From: Candidatus Woesearchaeota archaeon | Lineage (GTDB): Archaea; Nanobdellota; Nanobdellia; Woesearchaeales; GCA-2686295 | Length of the DNA stretch: 35,593 bases | Direction of reading: 5' to 3' | Assembly (NCBI GenBank): GCA_002686295.1 | Contig: NZBB01000012.1 | Coordinates: forward strand, 1-35,593 | Shown: positions 8,854 through 17,697 of the stretch, piece after piece | Layout of the letters: each line of letters starts with the position of its first letter | Position numbering within the stretch: the stretch's first letter is position 1 | Program-made: the position numbers and the translations under genes | The notes under the pieces: model-generated | The model's database searches: none | Seen by the model: the letters and a program-made list of their open reading frames with translations, nothing else | What the model was told of the DNA's origin: nothing

Positions 8854-9852
8854 ATGTCTAGGGGGGATATAAAAATATTTGCTTGCAGAGCAGGTAAACC
8901 TTTTGCTAAAAGAATTATTTCTGAACTTAATAAAATTCTTGAAAGCACTGGCAGAATAGTTAATCTTGGAAAATCTAAAAGTGTCAGCTTTGCAGACGGC
9001 GAAATAAAAACGGTTATTAAAGACTCAGTAAGAGGAAAAGATGTTTACCTAGTTCAAAGTTTTATTAACACCAATGATTTGAGTGTCAATGATAACATAA
9101 TGGAATTCTTATTGGCTGCAAACGCTTTGAAACGGTCTGGACCATCACATATTAATTCTATAATACCCTATCTGGCATATTCAAGACAGGACAAACCAAA
9201 AGATAGAGAACCAGTAAGTGCAAGTTTATTAGCAGAAACAATTGAAAGAGCAGGAATAGAAGGAATAATAACAATGGATGTTCATTCAGATCAAATAGCA
9301 GGATTTTACAAAAATATAGGATTTGACAATCTTAGAGCATCAATGACATTAATAAATTATTTTAAGAAACACAAAAGTTTAGATGACGTAGTAGTTATAA
9401 GTCCTGATGCGGGTGGAGCAAAACGTGCAAAGTTCTATGCCAAAAAATTAAAGACTGATATGGCTATAATGCATAAAAATAGAAACTATGAAAAAGAGAA
9501 TGTTGTAGAAAAAACATCTCTTCTTGGAGATGTAAAAGAAAAACAAGCTCTGATAGTTGACGATATTGTAGATACAGGAGGAAGTCTTGTAAACACAATA
9601 GAAGAGCTTTACAAAAACAATGTGAAAACAGTTAGTGTCGCATGCACACATGCATTACTTAATAATCATGCAAAAGAAAAACTTGACAGATTATACCAAG
9701 AAGGAAAACTCGAATACTTAGCAGCCACAGATACAATTATTCAAAAAAACAATCCTAAATGGCTAAAAGAAGTTCCTGTCTCAGGATTATTTGCACAAGT
9801 AATAAATAATATGAATATGGATCTTTCTGTTAGTGAACTCTACGAACAATAA
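8854..9852 (+). CDS. prs: Ribose-phosphate pyrophosphokinase (PRPP synthase)
   Basis: FADGE, PYLAYSRQDK, DVHSDQI, SPDAGG and VDDIVDTGGS motifs. Confidence 0.97.
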   Translation: MSRGDIKIFACRAGKPFAKRIISELNKILESTGRIVNLGKSKSVSFADGEIKTVIKDSVRGKDVYLVQSFINTNDLSVNDNIMEFLLAANALKRSGPSHINSIIPYLAYSRQDKPKDREPVSASLLAETIERAGIEGIITMDVHSDQIAGFYKNIGFDNLRASMTLINYFKKHKSLDDVVVISPDAGGAKRAKFYAKKLKTDMAIMHKNRNYEKENVVEKTSLLGDVKEKQALIVDDIVDTGGSLVNTIEELYKNNVKTVSVACTHALLNNHAKEKLDRLYQEGKLEYLAATDTIIQKNNPKWLKEVPVSGLFAQVINNMNMDLSVSELYEQ

Positions 9853-9857
9853 AAAAA

Positions 9858-10475
9858 TTATTCTATAAATATTTTATTTATGAAAACATCTTCTACAGGC
9901 CAATCAGTCATACCATTCTTTACTGATGTTTGAACAGTTGCTATTTCATCAACAACAGCCATCCCTTCAATTACTTTTCCAAAAACAGCATAACCATCAT
10001 TTCCAGATGCATAATTTAACATATTATTATCAACAAGGTTTATGAAGAATTGAGATGTTGCACTATCAGGAACGCTTGTTCTGGCCATAGCAATTGAGGC
10101 CCTATTATTTTTTAAACCATTGTTTGATTCTAATTTAATAGGAGTTTTTGTTTCTTTCTGTAATCCATCTGAAGAAAAACCTCCTCCTTGTATCATAAAA
10201 CCACTGATAACTCTGTGAAAAACTAATCCATTAAAAAATCCATCCTTCACATAACTTAAAAAATTTTCAACTGTTACAGGAGCATTTTCTCTGTCTAACC
10301 TTATTTTTATAATTCCTTTACTTGTTTCCATAATCACAATATCTTCAGTCATTTGATCTTCCTCCAATCCTAATTTTGTTGTTTTCTCAACGCCCTCAGA
10401 TTCTAGAATAATTGGTTTAGCACAACCAAAAATAAAAAATGCCAAAACAACCAATATGAAAAGTTTTTCTTTCAT
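9858..10475 (-). CDS. Cyclophilin-type peptidyl-prolyl cis-trans isomerase with lipoprotein-like signal
   Basis: [28 protein letters not shown] and YAVFGKV motifs. Start re-called to ATG 10475 (MKEKLF...FIFGC), preceded by GAGGA SD overlapping the hppA stop. Confidence 0.93.
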   Translation of the reverse strand: MKEKLFILVVLAFFIFGCAKPIILESEGVEKTTKLGLEEDQMTEDIVIMETSKGIIKIRLDRENAPVTVENFLSYVKDGFFNGLVFHRVISGFMIQGGGFSSDGLQKETKTPIKLESNNGLKNNRASIAMARTSVPDSATSQFFINLVDNNMLNYASGNDGYAVFGKVIEGMAVVDEIATVQTSVKNGMTDWPVEDVFINKIFIE

Positions 10476-10488
10476 CTTTAGCTCTTCC

Positions 10489-12435
10489 TCATAAAAATAA
10501 TGGTACAAAAACAACTGCAACTATACTCATAAGCTTTATAAGAATATTTAGGCTTGGACCGCTTGTATCTTTGAAAGGATCTCCAACTGTATCACCAATA
10601 ACTGTTGCTTTATGAACCTCACTTCCTTTACCGCCAAAATGTCCTTCTTCAACATATTTCTTAGCATTATCCCATGCACCACCTGCGTTCGCCATAAAAA
10701 CAGCCATTAAAAATCCTGTAGCTGTAACACCAGCAAGTAATCCTCCAAGAGCTTCAACACCTAAAAATATTCCTACAAATACAGGAACTATAACTGCTAA
10801 TAATCCTGGCAAAATCATCTCTCTCAAAGCTGCAGAAGTGCTTATATCAACACATTTCTTGTAATCAGGTTTTGCTTTCCCAGCCATTAATCCTTTAATT
10901 GTTTTGAATTGTCTTCTAACTTCCTTAATCATATGAAAAGCTGCTTTTCCAACTGCATTCATTGTTAGTGCACTATAAACAAATGGCATTACTGAACCAA
11001 GAAACAAACCAACTATAACTAACGGCTTGCTTAAATCTATTGATTCGAGACCTGCTACTTCTGTAAAGCTGACAAACAAAGCTAACGCAGTAAGAGCAGC
11101 AGATCCTATTGCAAAACCTTTTCCAATAGCAGCAGTAGTGTTTCCTACAGCATCTAAAGCTTCTGCTCTTTCCCTTGCTTTTTTACCCATACCTGCCATC
11201 TCTGCAATACCTGCCGCGTTGTCAGCCACAGGACCATAAGTATCAGTTGCCAAAGTTATTCCAAGAGTGCTTAACATTCCAACCGCAGCAATTGCTATTC
11301 CATAAAGTCCACCAAAATGATGAGCCAATATTATAGCTGCAGATACAGACAAAACAGGCACGACTGTACTAATCATTCCAACCCCTAATCCTCTTATTAT
11401 ATTAGTTGCCCCACCTGTCTGAGCTTCTTTCGCTATACTAATAACAGGCTTGTTATCCGGAGAAGTATAATATTGTGTTGAAAGACCAATAACTATGCCA
11501 GAAAATAAACCAGATAATACTGCGAAAAATAAATCTGACGAGCCCATATAACATTTTATGAGCAAGAAAGAAAATATTATCATGAAAAAAGACGCTGAAA
11601 AAACTCCTTTATTTAAAGCGCCATGAAGATTTTTTCCTTTTACTTTCACAAAGAAAGTTCCAATCATAGAAGCAAGAATACCAAATCCTGCTAATAACAA
11701 AGGAAGAATAGCTCCTTTTGCTGCAAAAACAATTGTTCCTAAAACCATTGCAGCGATTATGCTGTCAACATAGCTTTCAAACAAATCAGCACTCATTCCA
11801 GCCACATCACCAACATTATCTCCAACATTATCGGCAATAACAGCAGGATTTCTTGGATCATCTTCAGGAATCCCCTTTTCAACTTTACCAACAAGATCTG
11901 CACCAACATCAGCAGCTTTAGTGTATATTCCACCACCAACCCTTGCAAATAACGCAATGCTTGAAGCTCCAAAACCAAAACCATAAAGTATGTTTGGCTC
12001 ATTAAAAATCAAGTATAATACTGTAACTCCCAGAAGTCCTAAACCAACAACGCATAAACTAACAACTGTTCCGGTTAAAAAAGCAACTTTCAAACCTTTA
12101 TTCAAACTCTTATTGGCTGCGTTTGCAGTTCTTGCATTTGCAGAAGTAGCAATCCTCATCCCAATATTTCCAGCGACACCAGATAATATCGCACCAATAA
12201 TAAAAGTATAAGACATATTTTTTTCTATAAAAAAGAATAATATGAGAAATACAACTACGATGAATATTACTAAAACCTTGTATTCCCTGTTTAAAAAAGT
12301 CAACGCACCTTCTCTAATAGCAGAAGATATCTCCTTCATTTTTTCAGTACCTTCACTATACTTCTTAATCTTTAAAGCAGAAATAAAAGAATAAAACAAC
12401 GCCAGAACACTTATTATTATAACAAATTTCAACAT
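10489..12435 (-). CDS. hppA: Membrane-integral ion-translocating pyrophosphatase, K+-dependent type (probably Na+-pumping)
   Basis: [29 protein letters not shown] and [14 protein letters not shown] motifs. GNTTAA indicates the K+-dependent class. Start re-called to ATG 12435 after a GGAGG SD. Confidence 0.96.
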   Translation of the reverse strand: MLKFVIIISVLALFYSFISALKIKKYSEGTEKMKEISSAIREGALTFLNREYKVLVIFIVVVFLILFFFIEKNMSYTFIIGAILSGVAGNIGMRIATSANARTANAANKSLNKGLKVAFLTGTVVSLCVVGLGLLGVTVLYLIFNEPNILYGFGFGASSIALFARVGGGIYTKAADVGADLVGKVEKGIPEDDPRNPAVIADNVGDNVGDVAGMSADLFESYVDSIIAAMVLGTIVFAAKGAILPLLLAGFGILASMIGTFFVKVKGKNLHGALNKGVFSASFFMIIFSFLLIKCYMGSSDLFFAVLSGLFSGIVIGLSTQYYTSPDNKPVISIAKEAQTGGATNIIRGLGVGMISTVVPVLSVSAAIILAHHFGGLYGIAIAAVGMLSTLGITLATDTYGPVADNAAGIAEMAGMGKKARERAEALDAVGNTTAAIGKGFAIGSAALTALALFVSFTEVAGLESIDLSKPLVIVGLFLGSVMPFVYSALTMNAVGKAAFHMIKEVRRQFKTIKGLMAGKAKPDYKKCVDISTSAALREMILPGLLAVIVPVFVGIFLGVEALGGLLAGVTATGFLMAVFMANAGGAWDNAKKYVEEGHFGGKGSEVHKATVIGDTVGDPFKDTSGPSLNILIKLMSIVAVVFVPLFL

Positions 12436-12547
12436 TATAAAAACCTCCTTAATCAAAATACTAAATAATATTATATATAAAACTTTTGATAAACATTATT
12501 TTGCACATTTAATAATCCAAAAATCAAACTACACAACAAATCCAGAA

Positions 12548-13108
12548 TTAGCTTATTTTAAAAAATTTATTAAATTTTTCTTGAAATTTGTAATAAAATA
12601 GCAACATAAACACACCTACTAACATCCAAATAATAGATTTTGTTAAGAATCCAAAAAAAGGATTACATAAGTCTAAAGGATTTCCTGTTATATTATCTGT
12701 TCCACAAATAAAATTCCCAGATATTTCATGAATTGTAAATATTATTGGAAGCAGAAAAACATACTTTTTATTCTTATTCTTAGATTTTTTATAATAAAGT
12801 ATGGCTAAAAAAGTGGACATTAGGATTATTGTGATAATTCCACCTAAAGCAAAATTTAAAGATGGATTTCCTTCTATTATTTTAGTTCTTTGTGGGAGTT
12901 TAATAAAACTAAAAAGAGGCATATCAATCCAGTTTTCAATACTAAATTTAGTTATAGTCCCATCTTCTATTAGATTTCCTAAAAATCCATAAGCTATATG
13001 TCCTCCCTCGTGGATATAAAAAGAACCCCCATAAACAAATAAACTGATTAAAAAAGAAATAATGAACAATATGAAAAGAAAGTAAGCTTTGAAAAAAACT
13101 TTTTTCAT
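12548..13108 (-). CDS. Membrane protein with HExxH motif (M50-like metallopeptidase)
   Basis: YIHEGGH follows a TM helix, ALGG lies in a later helix, 4 hydrophobic segments. No canonical NPDG motif. Confidence 0.65.
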   Translation of the reverse strand: MKKVFFKAYFLFILFIISFLISLFVYGGSFYIHEGGHIAYGFLGNLIEDGTITKFSIENWIDMPLFSFIKLPQRTKIIEGNPSLNFALGGIITIILMSTFLAILYYKKSKNKNKKYVFLLPIIFTIHEISGNFICGTDNITGNPLDLCNPFFGFLTKSIIWMLVGVFMLLFYYKFQEKFNKFFKIS

Positions 13109-13288
13109 CTTAGTTACCTATAAACTTACAAAAATCACGCTCTTTATTCATATTATTTTATTGTTTTCACATATTTAAGTAATTTATGTTTTATGGAATA
13201 TTTCCGGAAAAGATTAAGAAAACAATATAAATCTAAAATAATAATGATTATTTAATGAAAATAAAAGTAACATCTTGCTGTTATATTC

Positions 13289-13378
13289 TTTGACTCTACA
13301 AACGAAGTGGATTGGAGTCAAATTTCGTTCGCAGAGTTGAGAATTTGTCTTTATTCTAGCACGAAGTGCAATCTAGGA
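13289..13378. repeat. Two hairpins sharing an ACGAAGTG apex (REP/attC-like structured element)
   Basis: TTTGACTCTA...TGGAGTCAAA (13289-13322) and TTCTAG-CACGAAGTG-CAAT-CTAGGA (13354-13378). Confidence 0.55.
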
Positions 13379-13401
13379 AAACATTAAGGGCGGGAAGAAA
13401 A

Positions 13402-13527
13402 TTAGTTTTGGAATATTTTTATTATCTCTTTTTCAACTTCTTTAGATTTAGATGCCTTGAGAGACCCAATCTTATATAGAATGATGGATTTATCAGCAGT
13501 GAATAGCCTGTTTGGTTTTATTAATGT
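13402..13527 (-). pseudogene. C-terminal remnant of a PemK/MazF-family toxin
   Basis: Frame reads TLIKPNRLFTADKSIILYKIGSLKASKSKEVEKEIIKIFQN*, matching the I(R/K)PNR(L/I)FTADxxIIxYxxGxL C-terminus of a PemK/MazF subfamily. In-frame stop immediately upstream and no start codon. Confidence 0.7.
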
Positions 13528-13585
13528 TTAAAGCAGATAAACTTTTCAACAAACTTTTTAAAAATTAGCTTGTTCGTTATCTTTA

Positions 13586-14614
13586 ATGGCTATAAATCAA
13601 AAGGAGATTAATGAGATTAGAAAAGCACTTGGAAAATCTGCTAGGCCTTTGATTTTCTTTGACGATGATCCTGATGGTGCTTGTTCTTTTTTGCAGTTAT
13701 ATCATTATGTTGGCGAAGGAAAAGGAGTCATACTGAAAATAGGTTCTGAGCTTGGAGAAGTTTTTGCAAGAAAAGTTGATGAATATCAACCAGACTTAGT
13801 CGTTATTTTAGATGTTCCTAATGTTAGCCAAGATTTCATTGACCTAGTAAAACAAAAAATTATCTGGATAGATCATCATCCGCCTATTAAAAGAAAAAAA
13901 GTTAATTATTACAATCCAAGAATTCACAACGATAAAGATAATCGTCCAACTAGTTATTGGGCATGGAAAATAACCAAGAAAGATTTGTGGATTGCAATGG
14001 CTGGCTGTGTTGCAGACTGGTCAATACCCGATTTCAAAGATGACTTCATGAAAAAATATTCTGGTCTGTTCAAAAAAAACATAAATAATCCTGCAGAAGC
14101 TTTGTTTAATACAAAAATTGGTTTGTTAGCAAGGATGATTTCTTTCAACTTAAAAGGAACTGTTGCCGACTCAATGAAAGCTGTCAGAATTCTTTCAAAG
14201 ATTGAGCATCCTAATGAGATCTTAAAGCAGACAACACCGAAAGGAAAATTTATCTACAAAAAATTCAATTATTATAATAAAGAATATCAGGATATACTGA
14301 AGGAAGCAAGCCAAACAAAAAGCAAAATTTTATTACATATTTATCCGTACAACAAAACTTCTTTTACAAGCGAGTTAAGTAATGAATTATTATACAAACA
14401 TCCCAATAAGTTAATACTTGTTGGCAGAGATCGGAATGGTGAAATAAAGTTTTCAGTTAGAGGAAAAGATATAAAAGTTCTTCCAATAGTAAAGAAAGTT
14501 CTTGAAACACTTGAAGGTCGTGGAGGAGGGCATGAATATGCTTGTGGATTGCAGATAAAAAGCGTTGACTTAGATAAATTATTGAAAATAATTAATGAAG
14601 AGTTAGAGAATTAA
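13586..14614 (+). CDS. DHH/DHHA1 phosphoesterase (RecJ/NrnA-like)
   Basis: DDDPDG, ILDV, WIDHH, VADW and C-terminal GGGHEYACG motifs. Confidence 0.9.
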   Translation: MAINQKEINEIRKALGKSARPLIFFDDDPDGACSFLQLYHYVGEGKGVILKIGSELGEVFARKVDEYQPDLVVILDVPNVSQDFIDLVKQKIIWIDHHPPIKRKKVNYYNPRIHNDKDNRPTSYWAWKITKKDLWIAMAGCVADWSIPDFKDDFMKKYSGLFKKNINNPAEALFNTKIGLLARMISFNLKGTVADSMKAVRILSKIEHPNEILKQTTPKGKFIYKKFNYYNKEYQDILKEASQTKSKILLHIYPYNKTSFTSELSNELLYKHPNKLILVGRDRNGEIKFSVRGKDIKVLPIVKKVLETLEGRGGGHEYACGLQIKSVDLDKLLKIINEELEN

Positions 14615-14888
14615 TCTAATGTCATTCAAAACTCGTATATTTAAAAAAAATAAAAAATTATTTTTCTGCAATAATTAATAAAGTTAAAACAGCAATGATG
14701 GGTGAGGATTATGTTTTCCCGTCAGAAAAAATGATATTTGAATGATTAATTCAAACCAAAATCAATCCTTGCTTTATTATAATTAAAAACATTAGGAAAT
14801 ATTAAATAAGCAAGTGAAAAAACAAACTAACACTTAAAATAAAAAGAATTATAAACTAAAAACATAAATAATCTTTGAGAGGTGGGAA

Positions 14889-17555
14889 ATGGACGAGCAC
14901 AGAATTCATCTTAAAGAATTATATGATAGAACTAATTCTTCATTCAATGGTTTAAGCTCTGAAGAAGCAAGAAAGAGACTTGTAGAATATGGATCAAATA
15001 TAATAGAAGAAAAAAAATATGTTTCTCTAATAGTCAAGTATTTGAAAAACTTCACTAATTTCTTTGCAATCCTTTTAATGACTGGTTCGGTTCTTGCCTT
15101 AATAGCAGAATATCTTTCTCCAGGAGAAGGAAACTTATATATCGGCATAGCCCTATTTGTAGTTGTAATTCTTAATTCAACATTCACATTCATACAGGAA
15201 TATCAATCTGAGAAAATAATGCAGAGTTTCAAAAAGATGATGCCTACAAAGATACAGGTTTTGAGAGATGGAAGAAGAAAAGAAATACTGGCAGAAGAAC
15301 TTGTTCCTGGGGATATAATTTTTCTTTCTGAAGGTGACAAAGTGCCTGCGGATGCCAGACTAATTGAACATCACGCTTTGAAAGTTGATAATTCTTCCTT
15401 AACAGGTGAATCAGAACCACAACTAAGAAGTTTGGAATGTACTCATGATAATATTCTTGAATCTAGAAACATGATTTTCTCCGGAACACTTGTACAGACA
15501 GGGACAGGAACAGCAATAGTTTATAGTACAGGCATGAAAACTCAGATTGGTAGAATAGCTCAGCTAACAAAAGAAACTGAAGAAACAATCACTCCTATGA
15601 GAAAAGAAATAAACCATTTCATAAAAATAATTTCTTCAATTGCAATAATTCTTGGCGTAGCTTTTTTTTTCTTAAGTTTTGCATTAGGAAATAGGCTTAT
15701 GGGTAGTCTAATTTTTGCAATTGGAATAATAGTTGCGAATGTTCCTGAAGGATTATTACCAACTGTAACGCTGTCTTTGAGTATGGCTTCAAAAAAAATG
15801 GCAAAACATAATGCGCTCATAAAGAATCTCGAGTCTGTTGAAACTCTTGGTTCAACAACAGTTATCTGCACTGATAAAACAGGAACCATAACACAAAACA
15901 AAATGTTTGTTAATTCGTTATTTCTTAATATGACTGAATTAAACCACTCTGAAGATTTCTCAAACATAGATGGTTTTGACAAAGTTATAGGTGTTTCTGT
16001 TCTCTGTAATAATTCAAAACTTGACAAATTCAATGAAAAATACTTGGGTGATCCTACTGAAGGAGCCTTACTGATGTTCACAGAAGCTTATGCTGATATT
16101 GATAAACTGAACAAAGAACATCCTAGAATTGATGAACAGCCTTTTGATTCAAACACTAAATGCATGATTACTGCAAACAAATCAGGAAAAAAAACTTTTT
16201 CTTATCTTAAAGGTGCACCAGAAATTGTTTTGGAAAAATGTGATTATATATTATTAAACAATAAATTAGAGCATTTAGATCAAAACTTTAGAACAATCAT
16301 TAAACATCATTATGATAAAATGAGTTCTCGTGGAGAGAGGGTTTTAGCATTAGCTTTTAAGAATGAAGAAAAGAGTTTTATATTTGTTGGATTAGTAGGA
16401 ATAATAGATCCTCCAAGACCTGAAATAGCTGAAGCAATTTCTAAATGTAAAGAAGCAAGCATCAAAGTAATAATGGTTACAGGCGATTATAGTTTAACGG
16501 CAGAAGCTATTGCCAACATGGTTGGTATGTCCAATGATGGAAGTGTAAACGCAATTACTGGCTCAGAACTTAACAATATTTCTGATGAAGAGTTAAAAGA
16601 ATTATTGAAAAAACAGAATCTTGTTTTTGCCAGAACAACACCCATTCAAAAGCTCAGAATTGTGCAGACTCTGCAATCAAATGGAGAAGTTGTTGCAGTA
16701 ACGGGTGATGGAGTAAATGACGCACCTGCCTTGAAAAATGCAGACATAGGAATTTCTATGGGTCTTATGGGGACTGAAGTTGCTAAAGAAGCCAGCAACA
16801 TGGTTTTATTAGATGATAATTTCTCAACAATTGTGCATGCAGTAGAGCAGGGAAGAACAATTTATTCCAATATAAAAAAGTTCATAACTTATATTCTTAC
16901 AAGTAATGTTCCTCAAATACTTCCATTTATAGCATTTGTTTTACTAGGAATCCCTTTACCTTTGACTGTTGTTTTGATTCTGGCTATTGATTTAGGCACT
17001 GACTTGCTTCCAGCTCTTGGTTTGGGAAAAGAGAAAGCTGAATCTGATGTAATGAAATATCCTCCTCGTTCAAGGAAAGAAAGACTTCTTACAAGACAAC
17101 TTCTAATAGTTTCTTATGGCATAATAGGAGTTTTACAGGCTATTGCAGGATTCTTCTCTTATTTTGTAGTATTGTTTATGGGCGGATGGACTTTTGGTGA
17201 AAGTCTTGCTTTTAATGATCCTTTATATCTTAAAGCTGTAACTGCTTTCTTTGCCAGCATTGTCATATGCCAGATTCCTGATGTATTGGTTTGCCGTACC
17301 AGAAAACAATCTTTACTAAAACAGGGACTCTTCTCTAATGGTCTTGTATGGTTAGGTATATTTACTGAGTTATTATTGCTTAGTGTAATTGTTTTTGTTC
17401 CTTTCGCAAATAAGTTCTTTGGAACTCATAGCTTGTCTTTTTTTGAATTGTCTTTATCTCTGCCTTTTGCTTTGTTAATATTGCTGTTTGGTGAGTTTAG
17501 AAAATTCTTGATTAGAAAAGAAAATCTTTTTGTCAATAAATATTTGAAGTGGTAA
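14889..17555 (+). CDS. Cation-transporting P-type ATPase, P2C (Na+/K+-ATPase-like)
   Basis: TGES, VANVPEGLL, DKTGT, KGAPE and TGDGVND motifs. TM5 YILTSNVPQ, TM6 ILAIDLGTD, TM8 TAFFASIVICQIPD. GAGGTG SD. Confidence 0.93.
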   Translation: MDEHRIHLKELYDRTNSSFNGLSSEEARKRLVEYGSNIIEEKKYVSLIVKYLKNFTNFFAILLMTGSVLALIAEYLSPGEGNLYIGIALFVVVILNSTFTFIQEYQSEKIMQSFKKMMPTKIQVLRDGRRKEILAEELVPGDIIFLSEGDKVPADARLIEHHALKVDNSSLTGESEPQLRSLECTHDNILESRNMIFSGTLVQTGTGTAIVYSTGMKTQIGRIAQLTKETEETITPMRKEINHFIKIISSIAIILGVAFFFLSFALGNRLMGSLIFAIGIIVANVPEGLLPTVTLSLSMASKKMAKHNALIKNLESVETLGSTTVICTDKTGTITQNKMFVNSLFLNMTELNHSEDFSNIDGFDKVIGVSVLCNNSKLDKFNEKYLGDPTEGALLMFTEAYADIDKLNKEHPRIDEQPFDSNTKCMITANKSGKKTFSYLKGAPEIVLEKCDYILLNNKLEHLDQNFRTIIKHHYDKMSSRGERVLALAFKNEEKSFIFVGLVGIIDPPRPEIAEAISKCKEASIKVIMVTGDYSLTAEAIANMVGMSNDGSVNAITGSELNNISDEELKELLKKQNLVFARTTPIQKLRIVQTLQSNGEVVAVTGDGVNDAPALKNADIGISMGLMGTEVAKEASNMVLLDDNFSTIVHAVEQGRTIYSNIKKFITYILTSNVPQILPFIAFVLLGIPLPLTVVLILAIDLGTDLLPALGLGKEKAESDVMKYPPRSRKERLLTRQLLIVSYGIIGVLQAIAGFFSYFVVLFMGGWTFGESLAFNDPLYLKAVTAFFASIVICQIPDVLVCRTRKQSLLKQGLFSNGLVWLGIFTELLLLSVIVFVPFANKFFGTHSLSFFELSLSLPFALLILLFGEFRKFLIRKENLFVNKYLKW

Positions 17556-17582
17556 ACACAAAAACACCACTCAACAGTGATT

Positions 17583-17602
17583 AAAACCGAAATATTTATA
17601 TA
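17583..17602 (+). promoter_or_regulatory. BRE/TATA promoter (AAAACCGAAATA-TTTATATA) with no downstream ORF
   Basis: Purine-rich BRE-like element followed by TTTATATA at 17595-17602, in the convergent intergenic region between the ATPase and srp54. Confidence 0.65.
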
Positions 17603-17621
17603 ATAGTGGTTCCTACATAGT

Positions 17622-17696
17622 AGTAAATAGGGCTTGAACGAGCTATTCTTTTTACCAACACCTCATACACCCCTTAGCTCTTCACGCCCATTTATT
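17622..17696 (+). ncRNA. Candidate small hairpin RNA with C-rich anti-Shine-Dalgarno loop
   Basis: Stem TAAAT-A-GGGC-T-TGAA-C-GAGCTA / TAGCTC-TTCA-C-GCCC-ATTTA closes the loop TTCTTTTTACCAACACCTCATACACCCCT. It begins ~20-22 nt after the TATA box. Confidence 0.55.
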
Positions 17697-17697
17697 C

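Noticed and set aside
13260-13400. CRISPR array or canonical attC site
   Set aside because: There are only two short similar apices with no repeat-spacer periodicity, and the TAAC/GTTA pair is too close together to form a canonical attC.
14640-14810. Hairpin TGATGGG...CCCGTCA and short frames (e.g. MMGEDYVFPSEKMIFE*) upstream of the P-type ATPase, considered as a riboswitch, C/D sRNA or gene relic
   Set aside because: It does not fit the fluoride, yybP-ykoY or C/D box consensus that I can recall, the stem is short, and the frames are interrupted and unrecognisable. It may be a decayed gene but cannot be supported.
17622-17696. Hairpin next to srp54 as SRP RNA
   Set aside because: It is far shorter than archaeal 7S RNA and lacks the helix-8 GNRA tetraloop and the conserved internal-loop motif on either strand.
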